From an uncultured Spirochaetota bacterium (GTDB lineage Bacteria > Spirochaetota > Brevinematia > Brevinematales > JAOACQ01): DNA of 64,000 nt. Shown here one piece after another: positions 29,460 through 39,484 of the stretch (the stretch's first letter is position 1; every line of letters starts with the position of its first letter). The DNA lies in assembly GCA_963783575.1 (NCBI GenBank), contig CAWAOD010000011.1, forward strand, positions 512,001 through 576,000, read 5' to 3'. The notes below the pieces were generated by a model. The model worked only from the letters and a program-made list of their open reading frames with translations. It searched no databases and was not told the DNA's origin. The position numbers and the translations under genes are program-made.

Positions 29460-31544
29460 ATGAATACGCCTGATGATAATATTATAAACAAATATAAAGA
29501 TGTTCCAAGCTGGGTGTTTTATCAGGAGCGTCAAAAAATTGAGCTTTCCAATGACTTGGGTATAATGGATAAAGATGAATTGGCTCTGTTATTCGCAATA
29601 ACCGAATATGCCGAGAAATATGGCACGACATATCTCCCGATTCAAAATCTTTACAAGTATATATATGACTATGGATTAAGAGTAAATAACAATACTTTAA
29701 AAGTTGAAGATAATATTATTAATTTAATTAAAAGCGTTTATATTTCGCTGCACAAAAAAAAATACTGTACGGTGGAGAGTAAGGACAATAAATTGATAGC
29801 ATTGATACTACTTGATCCTCAAATTTTGAGTCCCGAACAGACCAGGTCAGTGATCAATAAACTGAAAAAAATATATTCTTCGTCCGATCAGGATTATTCG
29901 GTAATGTTTCCGGGCAGTGATGATATACCGAAGAGTGGATTATCAGGTAAAATTCTTAACACAGTTTCAATTAAAGAAATGAATAATCAAAAAATCAAGG
30001 AATTGGAACAGGCAGGACCGATTACTAAAGTATTTATGCCTTCAAATGAAGATATTGTGGTTCCAACAGATGAATTGAACAGATTATACAATAGGGCTTT
30101 TCAAAAAATTAAAAAATATATGTATGAATCAAATGATTTCAGTTCTTTGATTTCACTGAAATTAAAGCAGGCTTTCCCGAATAATCCAAATTTAAACTCA
30201 TCCTCCGGAATAATGAAAGTTGTAGAAACCGATCCAAAATTTGCAGTTGCATTATCAAATGAAATATTAAATAATACTCATAATAACGATAAAGAAAGGA
30301 GTATTAACCAGGCAGCAGATATTTTAAAGAATATGTCTATTATGCAAAGTGAGCAGGCGCAATTGAAAACTCATATGGAAAAATCCATGGAAATGATGTT
30401 GAAGATCATGGAAAATTATCCGGTAGCTTTTAATAGAAACCAGCTTCTAAAATTAAGGGAAAAACATACTTTTCTAAAGTTATATACTGAAAGGGATTAT
30501 ATTGATGTTGTAAATAATTTTATTCAGCATTATACATTTTCGGATTCAGTAGATATACCCCCGATTCTGATTCAATTAAAATTGGAAGGTGAAAATAAAT
30601 ATATCCATAGGGAACATTTTTTTTATACTTTTTTTGAAAAAGTTGAATCTATAGCTTTTGAACTAAAAAAAGAATTTGTAACTTCCTGGGAACAGGCAAA
30701 TTATAATCCTGATAATGACAGGATCTTAAACGATCCCGCAGTCTTTGAAAAATATATTGATAATTATTTCCATAATAAAGATGAATACCTGGCTCAAATG
30801 ATAGATAATTCCAAGCTTTTGTATAATTTATTCGTTTTTGTCGGTAATAAAGACCTAAATATTAAAAAGCAGATGGATAGATTCTTTTTTTCACCTTCAA
30901 GCAGTGATAATCCAATAAAGCGGCCCACCTATGAAATTCTTTTATTTGACAGGAATAAATTATTAAAGGAGGCATATGATCATTCACCAATGTCAATGAA
31001 ATTTTCTCTTATAAAATTCATATTTAGTTTATTCCGGGGATTTGGCAAACGGATGGAAAAAGCAATAGAAACGCAAATGGTTGAAAAGAAGAATATGCCT
31101 AAATTTTCAGAATTATTGCAGCAAAATAAGTCTGCACCCGATGACCAACAGGGCAAAAAAACATCCGTACAGGAACCGGCAAAAACTTCAATTGTTGATG
31201 AGAAGAACGAGGCAATAAAAAAATCACTTCAAAACTTCAGGGATGAATTCACCGGGGGTAAAAAAACCGATGAGATGCTTCAATTTTTTGAACAGCACTG
31301 GAATCATGTTATTAATAATAATGCCCGGGAAGAGAACCTTAAAATTATAAAGGAAAAGATCCATCATCGTTTAAAATTTATGAAAAATGCGGCACCGCCT
31401 TTGATTATTAAAGAAACCAATGATATGATGAAAACCGAGAGTATTTTTAATAATATAGCCGATCATGATTCGCTTAAAAGTTATATCATTCTTTATATGA
31501 CAGAATATTTCATACAAAAGAACATCAAAGCCGAAAAGAAATAG
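29460..31544 (+). CDS. Hypothetical 694-aa protein
   Basis: Long ORF with AGGAG RBS; no motif recognised. Confidence 0.75.
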   Translation: MNTPDDNIINKYKDVPSWVFYQERQKIELSNDLGIMDKDELALLFAITEYAEKYGTTYLPIQNLYKYIYDYGLRVNNNTLKVEDNIINLIKSVYISLHKKKYCTVESKDNKLIALILLDPQILSPEQTRSVINKLKKIYSSSDQDYSVMFPGSDDIPKSGLSGKILNTVSIKEMNNQKIKELEQAGPITKVFMPSNEDIVVPTDELNRLYNRAFQKIKKYMYESNDFSSLISLKLKQAFPNNPNLNSSSGIMKVVETDPKFAVALSNEILNNTHNNDKERSINQAADILKNMSIMQSEQAQLKTHMEKSMEMMLKIMENYPVAFNRNQLLKLREKHTFLKLYTERDYIDVVNNFIQHYTFSDSVDIPPILIQLKLEGENKYIHREHFFYTFFEKVESIAFELKKEFVTSWEQANYNPDNDRILNDPAVFEKYIDNYFHNKDEYLAQMIDNSKLLYNLFVFVGNKDLNIKKQMDRFFFSPSSSDNPIKRPTYEILLFDRNKLLKEAYDHSPMSMKFSLIKFIFSLFRGFGKRMEKAIETQMVEKKNMPKFSELLQQNKSAPDDQQGKKTSVQEPAKTSIVDEKNEAIKKSLQNFRDEFTGGKKTDEMLQFFEQHWNHVINNNAREENLKIIKEKIHHRLKFMKNAAPPLIIKETNDMMKTESIFNNIADHDSLKSYIILYMTEYFIQKNIKAEKK

Positions 31545-31565
31545 TTAGCGATAAGAATTTTTTTT

Positions 31566-34500
31566 ATGATTTCAGTATCTCAAACAATTAATAATCCGGA
31601 GTATTTAATGAGTGGGCAAACATTAAAAACAAATGGTTTGAGGACCAATATTGAAGTACTGGATAAAATGCTTGGATGCGATTTGACAGACTCACCGGAT
31701 ACAAGTCTTCCCCCTGGTTCTGTATTTTTAATCCGTGGCGAACCGGGAGCCGGTAAAACAACCTTGGGATTACAGATTCTCTCCGCTCAATTAGCCCAGG
31801 ATGATAAAAATCAGAAAGATGAAGATAAGAAAAGTGAGATAATTTTATTCTCCCTGGAGAAAGATCCGGAAAGCGTCATCGATTATGCAAATAAGGAGTT
31901 TGGATTATTTCAAAATATTAATGAAGACCGTATCATGAAAATTGGTGAAGATTTGATGGAGAAGTTTCTAGAAACAATAGTTATAGTTAAAAATCCCATT
32001 AATCTGGATCAATTAATTAAGGATTTAGTGGATTCTACTGGTAAAATAATAGACGAAAAATATGGCGAGGCTCTTGCTGGGTTGGCATATGTAATTTATA
32101 GCAACATTTTCAAATTTATCAAAAATAAAAAAGCTAAGAAAGAAGTTGAAGAAAAGATAAAAGAAAATATCAAAAAACAAGGAAATGAAAATATTCCAAA
32201 AGTAGTAATGGTGGATTCATTGCAGGTACTCTTACATATCGCCCAGAAACTAAGTAAAGATATTGATTCCAGGTTATTCCTGAATGAATTTTGTGCGGCC
32301 GTGAGATCGCATTTTAAAGAATCTTTAATCCTGTTTATCGGCGAATATCATTTTCAAGATAATCAGAATTTATTTATCGGATCCGAAAGCTTTTTATGTG
32401 ATACTGAAATAGTATTATTTTCCGAGCCTGTTTCAATCTCGGATTTAGCTCCTGCCGAAACCAAATATCCCAGCCCTCTTGGAAGTACAACACTTTCAAC
32501 CTTCGATAAGCAAATGAAGGGAGTTCAGACACAGTCTTTTTGCCGTGTTCTTAAGTCCAGAAGTACCCCGAACCAGTGCCGAAGATGTGCCTATGATATT
32601 GTAGCAGGAAAAGGGATCGAATTTTATGAAACCTACCCCGGCGATGGTCATCTTTTATTGTTTGCAGAGAATGAAAACCAGAAGAATATTTGGGAGTCAT
32701 TTTTTAGTGAAGAATTGCCTCACCTTTATCCCTCGCTCAGGTATGAGTATTTTGACCGTGCCAGCCTTCAAAGAACACCTGCGGCTCAAAGACGCTTCCG
32801 TTATGTTCCCCGTCGAACGGATATGTATCTGGCCAGTTTTGACAATTACTGGATCAACTGGTATTCAGAACTTTGTGTCCGGTGGCTGGTATCTTCAGTA
32901 TTTGAAAATGAATTTAAAGGAAATGAATTAAGCAAAAAAGAGGAGGAAATATTCTCAAAGGCGGTCAACCATATCACGGCAATTTTGTTAAGCGATGATA
33001 AGATGGTAGAAAATATATCGGCGGCAATTAAAGTTAAAATTAAGAAGCCTTCAAAAGTATTGGAAATAACACATGAATTGATAGAAAAAATTACCACCGA
33101 CGAACGCAAAGAAAAAAAGGCGAGCAGGCAGTGTCTCCGTTGCCAATGGGGCCGACAGGTCATCCTACAGGTATGTCATCATATGAATATTACCGGAAAC
33201 TCGGAATTAGCAAAAAATTCTTTTAACATGGCAATAAATCAATTGAAGAACGCCTTGAATGATGAGATACAAGATAATAACAAGAAAGATTTAATAATTG
33301 ATATGAAAACAAAAATAATAGAAAGGGTTGAAGATAAGCAAAGAAATATCGTAAATGAATTAGAAGAAGAAGAAATTAAAGATGTCTTTATTCGCTTATT
33401 AAAATGGAGCGGTGACATCAGTTTCGCATCGGAATGCGGAATAAAAAACATTGCTTTTGCTAATAATAAATATATTGATAAGCCATGGGAAATTTTGAAG
33501 GAAGACAAAAATATTACCTGCTTTTATAAAGACAGAATAAATTCATATTTCAAAGATATTAGTATTAAAGGAATGAATATGGATGTTATCTGTCAGGACA
33601 TTATTAATAAAACGGTTATTAATCCGATTGATCGCCTATTTAAACCCGATTGTACAAAACTTGTATTACAATTTATTAACAGAAAGAATGATCTTGACGG
33701 TAAAGATATTAATTCTAGCAAAATACATGACAGGAATTTAATTTTAATTGCCGAAATAATTTTATCCGTTCTCGATGATAAAGAACGTATAATGCTGCAC
33801 CAAATCGATCCGGAAAAGTTAAGGCTTTTTGGCGAACGCAAATCCAGAATAATACCGGAACTCGAACGAGATCAACCCGGTCAGAACAGGCCAATTCACA
33901 GGCCGTACTGGCTCTTCGCCATGCAGAACAGGAATTTCTATCAGTCAATACCTTATGACGCAAATATCAGTTTTATCATTTATAAAACCGGTATCTGGAA
34001 TACCTTCATGGAAGATTTGAAAAATAATGATGAAAAATCCAGATATATGGAATTCATTAATGATATTGTTCTTGAAGAAAATCTTATTGTGAATCAGGCA
34101 ATTAATGATTATAGTGGAATCTTTAATGATATTTGTAAAATTGGTGTGGCTCATCAGGATGATATGAAACTTTCGAATGAAATCAAAAAAGAAAATATTA
34201 AGGAATATTTCAATTCTAAATTTTACAGTAAAAGCCACCCTGAAACCTGGGAAGAAATTATCGCATATTTCCTGATGAATCCTGATGAAAGATCTAATAA
34301 AAAATTTATTTTTGAAACATCCGTACTGGATTCCTGGTTTGCCACAATGCTTGAGTTTATCTGGAGCTGTGGAGGCAACCTTCGTGTGCTCCCCGATTAC
34401 AGCATAGTCAATTTAAAAGATACTTTCAAGGCTTTGACACTAGCATTCTATATTATATCTGTAATGTTCAAAAATGGAATCATACCTTATGATTCAACTT

Positions 34501-35198
34501 TGCAACCGGAGGAGTTTATTAATCGATACGCAGGTAATAATAAAAAAGAAAATAAAAGCAACTGGATTTTTGCGAGGCATTGGTATTCCACATTTATTGA
34601 TGTTTTATCCTTAAAGAATGAAGGCAAAAAAAAAGAATTTAGATGGAATGAGGATGAAGAAATTGACATAATGCCAATTCCACTATCCATTAATACAGTG
34701 ATTGATAAAAAAGGTAAGATAGAACATGTTTCATGCTGGGGTGATTGGCATTTTGCCCTTGTTAATGGAACTGAAAATGTCGAACTTGGCATTGATTTGA
34801 TAAACTATCTCATGAACAGCGACAGTATATGTGAACGTGCATTTGCAAGTGCAACGGTCCCGACCGTAGATGCTTTTTATGAACTTTATGGACATAACCG
34901 CTGTTTCAATGTACCCGATCAAAAAGAGAAATTGATTCCTAAAACAACATTTAACCAATTAAAACAGAATTATTTCAGGAATGCAAAATCCAGGTCGCAG
35001 ATATTTGATTACCACCACTGCATCCGCGAACTTCATTCGGTCCTGGAGTTTACTCGTCAGGCTAAGTATGATAACAACAATAATAATAATAAAAAATGGG
35101 ATTTGAGCTATGAATTTAAAAATAATTTAACTGTCAAAATTAAAGATGCGCTTATAAAAATAATTGAGTTCTCAGACAAGAATTTTTTGCATTCGTAA
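31566..35198 (+). CDS. KaiC/RAD55-like RecA-fold ATPase fused to a solute-binding-protein-like C-terminal region
   Basis: Walker A GEPGAGKT, Walker B VVMVDSL, ESFLCDTEIVL, RVLKSR and YDIVAGKGIEF. The C-terminal part has IPYDANISFIIYK, PETWEEI and WGDWHFALVNGTENVELGIDLINYL, resembling family-1 SBP motifs. No signal peptide. Confidence 0.72.
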   Translation: MISVSQTINNPEYLMSGQTLKTNGLRTNIEVLDKMLGCDLTDSPDTSLPPGSVFLIRGEPGAGKTTLGLQILSAQLAQDDKNQKDEDKKSEIILFSLEKDPESVIDYANKEFGLFQNINEDRIMKIGEDLMEKFLETIVIVKNPINLDQLIKDLVDSTGKIIDEKYGEALAGLAYVIYSNIFKFIKNKKAKKEVEEKIKENIKKQGNENIPKVVMVDSLQVLLHIAQKLSKDIDSRLFLNEFCAAVRSHFKESLILFIGEYHFQDNQNLFIGSESFLCDTEIVLFSEPVSISDLAPAETKYPSPLGSTTLSTFDKQMKGVQTQSFCRVLKSRSTPNQCRRCAYDIVAGKGIEFYETYPGDGHLLLFAENENQKNIWESFFSEELPHLYPSLRYEYFDRASLQRTPAAQRRFRYVPRRTDMYLASFDNYWINWYSELCVRWLVSSVFENEFKGNELSKKEEEIFSKAVNHITAILLSDDKMVENISAAIKVKIKKPSKVLEITHELIEKITTDERKEKKASRQCLRCQWGRQVILQVCHHMNITGNSELAKNSFNMAINQLKNALNDEIQDNNKKDLIIDMKTKIIERVEDKQRNIVNELEEEEIKDVFIRLLKWSGDISFASECGIKNIAFANNKYIDKPWEILKEDKNITCFYKDRINSYFKDISIKGMNMDVICQDIINKTVINPIDRLFKPDCTKLVLQFINRKNDLDGKDINSSKIHDRNLILIAEIILSVLDDKERIMLHQIDPEKLRLFGERKSRIIPELERDQPGQNRPIHRPYWLFAMQNRNFYQSIPYDANISFIIYKTGIWNTFMEDLKNNDEKSRYMEFINDIVLEENLIVNQAINDYSGIFNDICKIGVAHQDDMKLSNEIKKENIKEYFNSKFYSKSHPETWEEIIAYFLMNPDERSNKKFIFETSVLDSWFATMLEFIWSCGGNLRVLPDYSIVNLKDTFKALTLAFYIISVMFKNGIIPYDSTLQPEEFINRYAGNNKKENKSNWIFARHWYSTFIDVLSLKNEGKKKEFRWNEDEEIDIMPIPLSINTVIDKKGKIEHVSCWGDWHFALVNGTENVELGIDLINYLMNSDSICERAFASATVPTVDAFYELYGHNRCFNVPDQKEKLIPKTTFNQLKQNYFRNAKSRSQIFDYHHCIRELHSVLEFTRQAKYDNNNNNNKKWDLSYEFKNNLTVKIKDALIKIIEFSDKNFLHS

Positions 35199-35240
35199 AT
35201 CATTAAAACCTTCAAAAAATAAGTTAATAGGCGGTTCTAT

Positions 35241-37394
35241 ATGTATAGTAATGAGAAAATCTATAGGGATAAATATGGTATACCTCATTTACAATGTAAT
35301 TCTAAAGAAGAATTATTCAGGGGACAGGGGTATGTTCATGCTGTTGACAGAGGCATGCAGATGATACTGATGAGAATTCTCGGGCGGGGGATGACTTCCG
35401 AACTCCTTGACTCCAGCGATGAAATGCTGGGGATTGATAAATTTTTCAGAAAAATGAACTGGGCGGGATATACTTCTGAAGAAATAGAAAAATTGACTGA
35501 GGAAACAAAACTATATTTAACAGCATATTGTAATGGAATTAATGAGGCTCTGTCAAAAAAATTTCCCTGGGAATTTAAATTGCTTGGAGTGAAATTTGAG
35601 CCTTGGGAAATAAAAGATATAATCCAGATTTCAAGGATGATCGGGTATCTGACTCTTTCGCAAGCACAGGGAGAAATGGAAAGGCTGCTTGTTGAAATGG
35701 TTCAGGCAGGAATAGGCCGTGAAAGACTGGAAGAATTGTTCCCTGGGATACTTGGGGGCCTTGATATTGAATTGATTAAAAAAGTCGTTATTCAGGAAAG
35801 AATGGTACCGAATTCAAAACTATGGAATATAGTGATTCCCAGGATGATGGCTTCAAACAACTGGGTTGTATCCGGTAAGAAAACTGTTTCAGGGAAAGCC
35901 ATGCTTGCAAATGATCCCCATCTTGAAGTAAACAGGCTTCCTAGTGTTTGGTATGACTTGTTTATTGAATTTGATGGAAGATTTATTTATGGCGCCTCAA
36001 TGCCAGGCGTTCCGGGAATTTTAATAGGCAGATCCAATGATTTATCCTGGGGAGTTACATATTCATTTATGGATGCAGAGGATTCCTGGGTTGAAAAATG
36101 TAAGGATAAAAAATATTACAGGGAAGACGGAGGCTGGTTTCCATTTCATACCAGGAAGGAAATAATTAAAAGAAAAGGAAAAGAGCCTGTAGAATCGGTT
36201 TTTTATGAAAATGACCATGGCGTGCTGGACGGTGATCCTTCGGTTGAAGGCTATTACCTGGCAACAAAATGGGCTTCAGGTAAATCCGGGGCGGATTCAG
36301 TGATTAATATTCTGAAATTATTAGACGCAACGAATGTAGAGGAGGGAATGAACTGTCTTGGGAAGGTTGAAAGCTCATGGAATTTTGTTTTAGCTGACAG
36401 CAAAGGGAATATCGGATATCAGATGAGCGGCCTGATGCCGAAAAGACGCGGGGGTGTCAGCGGTTTTGTACCTTTGCCGGGATGGGATAAACAAAACGAC
36501 TGGAATGGATTTGAAGACTTTAAAAATCTTCCGCATGTCATTAACCCGAAGGAAGGCTTTTTTGCTACTGCAAATCAGGATCTCAATCAGTACGGCAAAG
36601 TAAAACCTATCAATATGCCGATGGGAAATTACAGAGCCGAAAGAATAAAGCAGCTATTAAATCATGATAAAAAATTTGTACCGGAAGATTTTTTTCAGAT
36701 GCAAATGGATGTTTATTCTATTCAGGCGGAAGAGTTTATGAAAATATTAAAACCGCTTTTACCTGATACAGAAAATGGAAAAATTTTAAAAGACTGGGAT
36801 TGCCGTTATAATCCGGATTCCAGGGGAGCATTCCTTTTCGAAGAATTTTATAAGGAACTTTACAGGGAAGTGTTCGGCAGCAATATGGGAACTGAACTGA
36901 TGGATTTTTTAAGACAGGAAACCGGTACATTTGTGGATTTTTTCATGAACTTCGACAGGATTTTATTAAAAGAAAAATCTTTGTGGTTTAATGAGCAGGA
37001 CAGGGAAAATATATTCAAGAAGACCGCAGATAAAATTATGAAAATCAAGCCAAAACGATGGAAAGAAGTTCAGAAGGTTATTTTCAGGAATATTCTATTT
37101 GGCGGTAAATTACCGGTATTTCTGGGATTTGACAGAGGGCCGGTTACAATAATCGGAGGGCGGGCTACCATTCACCAAGGGCAGATTTACAGGAGCGCCG
37201 GGAGGGAAACAACTTTCGTTCCAACTTTCAGGTTTGTTATGGACTTTGCAGGGAAAGAATCCTATTCGGCTATGGCTGGCGGACCCAGTGACAGAAGATT
37301 TTCAAAATGGTATATATCCGGTTTAAGAGGATGGATAAATGGGAAATTTAAAACGCTAAAGCCAAACCCGGGAAGGAAAATAAAATTTAACTAA
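35241..37394 (+). CDS. Penicillin acylase family Ntn-hydrolase with no signal peptide
   Basis: RDKYGIPH, GQGYVHAVDR, SNNWVVSG (Ser-beta1 at 35853), ANDPHL and ATANQ. Confidence 0.92.
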   Translation: MYSNEKIYRDKYGIPHLQCNSKEELFRGQGYVHAVDRGMQMILMRILGRGMTSELLDSSDEMLGIDKFFRKMNWAGYTSEEIEKLTEETKLYLTAYCNGINEALSKKFPWEFKLLGVKFEPWEIKDIIQISRMIGYLTLSQAQGEMERLLVEMVQAGIGRERLEELFPGILGGLDIELIKKVVIQERMVPNSKLWNIVIPRMMASNNWVVSGKKTVSGKAMLANDPHLEVNRLPSVWYDLFIEFDGRFIYGASMPGVPGILIGRSNDLSWGVTYSFMDAEDSWVEKCKDKKYYREDGGWFPFHTRKEIIKRKGKEPVESVFYENDHGVLDGDPSVEGYYLATKWASGKSGADSVINILKLLDATNVEEGMNCLGKVESSWNFVLADSKGNIGYQMSGLMPKRRGGVSGFVPLPGWDKQNDWNGFEDFKNLPHVINPKEGFFATANQDLNQYGKVKPINMPMGNYRAERIKQLLNHDKKFVPEDFFQMQMDVYSIQAEEFMKILKPLLPDTENGKILKDWDCRYNPDSRGAFLFEEFYKELYREVFGSNMGTELMDFLRQETGTFVDFFMNFDRILLKEKSLWFNEQDRENIFKKTADKIMKIKPKRWKEVQKVIFRNILFGGKLPVFLGFDRGPVTIIGGRATIHQGQIYRSAGRETTFVPTFRFVMDFAGKESYSAMAGGPSDRRFSKWYISGLRGWINGKFKTLKPNPGRKIKFN

Positions 37395-37497
37395 CGGGAA
37401 GGCTTCGCTTATTGGATACGGAAACAATGATTGTTATAAATAGTGCATTATTTGTAATATTAGTGAATATTTATTATAATTTACCCTTAATAAAAGG

Positions 37498-37938
37498 ATG
37501 ATCAATATGAAACTGATTCAAATCTTTTATAAGACTATTTATTTTCTAACAGGTATTGTGTCTTTAGTTGTGGGTCTTTGGTTCCTTACAGCAAAGCAGT
37601 TTTTCTATTATCATGCTCAAGCAACCGGTTTGAAATGGGAACAAATCGATCAAAAGCTGCAGCTCATCATTCTGGCTTTAATGAAGGTCGGCGGCGTTGG
37701 ATATATTGCACTTTCACTTTTTTTGATTATTTTTACAATAACCGGTGATTTTGAAAAAAACCGGGTTCTTAAAATATCAATTCCAGTAATTACGATATTT
37801 TTCTATTGCGGGATTTTTGTAATCACTTTTTATGTATATATGCTGACGAAAGCAAATACTCCCTGGAATTTATCTCTTATTGAGATTATAATGCTTTTTA
37901 TTGCGATGATTTTATCTTTTATAAAAATAAAGAAATAA
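37498..37938 (+). CDS. Hypothetical 4-TM membrane protein
   Basis: Four hydrophobic segments; YHAQATG..W and TPW motifs. Confidence 0.7.
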   Translation: MINMKLIQIFYKTIYFLTGIVSLVVGLWFLTAKQFFYYHAQATGLKWEQIDQKLQLIILALMKVGGVGYIALSLFLIIFTITGDFEKNRVLKISIPVITIFFYCGIFVITFYVYMLTKANTPWNLSLIEIIMLFIAMILSFIKIKK

Positions 37939-37986
37939 TAATTTAGTTTCCTTTCCTCCAATGGTTTTGATAATAAAATAATTGGG

Positions 37987-39387
37987 TTGATTACTTCTAT
38001 GAAAAACAGTTCATTTGATGGAAAATCAATATGGATATCTACAATAAAATTAAGTTTACCGATGTTATTGTCAAATGTATTAACTACATTTTATACAATA
38101 ATTGATACATATTTTATTTCTTTAATCGATAAAAAATCGACGGCTTATATAAGTGCCGTATCAATCATTAACCCGGTGTTTTTTATTTTTATCGCTTTAA
38201 GCAGCGGTTTATTTATAGGAATAAGTTCTTTAATAGCCAGAAGTTACGGCGAGGGCGATGAGAAGAAAGAAGCAAGCGGATTAATATCGGGACTGACCAT
38301 TTCAATCATTATTTCAATCATTACACTTTTATTCGGTTATATTTTTTTAAAAGATTTGGTAAGGCTCTTTGCAGGAAAAGAATTGTCGGCAGTAGCAATC
38401 AAAAGCGCCGAGGAATTTTTATTTTATTTGCTTCCAGGGTATTGCCTGATGCTGATCGGGAGATCATTATTCGGCGTTTTACAGGGGAAAGGACAGAATT
38501 TTCATATTGCAATTGCCGTTTTAATTTCTAATATATTAAACTGCATATTGGACCCGGTATTCATATTTTATTTTAAGATGGGTGTCGGGGGCGCGGGTCT
38601 TGCGACAAGCCTATCAATACTATTTACTGCAATATATGTACTGACATTATTTGCATTTAATAAATTTAAAATATCATTTGGTATTAAATATCTGAATTTT
38701 CATACAATCAAGGAAATATTACAGATTGGGATAACTCAATCCATAGGCATCTTATCATTATCAGTTTCATTCATCATTGTAAATAAAATTGTCGGCTCTA
38801 TAGGTGAGACGGAAATGAATGCGTTTGGTCTATGCGGCAGGCTTGATCAATTAACATTTTTACCTATATTTGCGATTGCTTCATCAACAGTAACAATAAC
38901 CGGCTATTATTTCGGCAAAAAAAATTATAATATCATCAAAGAAATATTTATAAAGAATTCGATTCTTGGAATCCTTAGTATGCTGGCATTAATATTGATT
39001 TATATTATTTTTTCTCCTCAATTATTCGCTTTATTTTCCGACAATCAAACCGTAATAAATAAAGCTGTTTATCAGGCCCGGATAGTTTCATTAAGTTTCC
39101 TTGGGATAGCGCTGGAATCAATAGCAGTATCCACATTCCAGGGGATGAAATATCCCCCGCCGTCTTTTTTGCTTATAATAATCAGAATGTTTATTGTAAT
39201 CCTTCCGCTTTCTTATTTTTTTGTATTTTTTTTAAAATTAGGTATGAATGGAATATTTATTAGCTATATAATCGCTCATATCAACACAGGCATAATTTCC
39301 TGTATCTGGATTTATTATTATCTCAAGAAATATAACTTATGGAGAGAAACTGTTAAAGTTGAAAATCCGGCTCTGATCCGATTTTAA
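37987..39387 (+). CDS. MATE family efflux transporter
   Basis: About 12 TM segments; LSLPMLLSN...IIDTYFI, NCILDPVFIF, MGVGGAGLAT. The start may be the ATG at 37999. Confidence 0.9.
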   Translation: MITSMKNSSFDGKSIWISTIKLSLPMLLSNVLTTFYTIIDTYFISLIDKKSTAYISAVSIINPVFFIFIALSSGLFIGISSLIARSYGEGDEKKEASGLISGLTISIIISIITLLFGYIFLKDLVRLFAGKELSAVAIKSAEEFLFYLLPGYCLMLIGRSLFGVLQGKGQNFHIAIAVLISNILNCILDPVFIFYFKMGVGGAGLATSLSILFTAIYVLTLFAFNKFKISFGIKYLNFHTIKEILQIGITQSIGILSLSVSFIIVNKIVGSIGETEMNAFGLCGRLDQLTFLPIFAIASSTVTITGYYFGKKNYNIIKEIFIKNSILGILSMLALILIYIIFSPQLFALFSDNQTVINKAVYQARIVSLSFLGIALESIAVSTFQGMKYPPPSFLLIIIRMFIVILPLSYFFVFFLKLGMNGIFISYIIAHINTGIISCIWIYYYLKKYNLWRETVKVENPALIRF

Positions 39388-39484
39388 AGAACCTTCAGCT
39401 TTCAAACCTTTTGCAATATGATACATTATTATAAATACTGCAATTTTCTTTGTAATAAATCTTTCCTATAACCTTCTAAAATTA

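Noticed and set aside
31566..32640. Circadian clock KaiC
   Set aside because: Single ATPase domain only, with no kaiA or kaiB nearby
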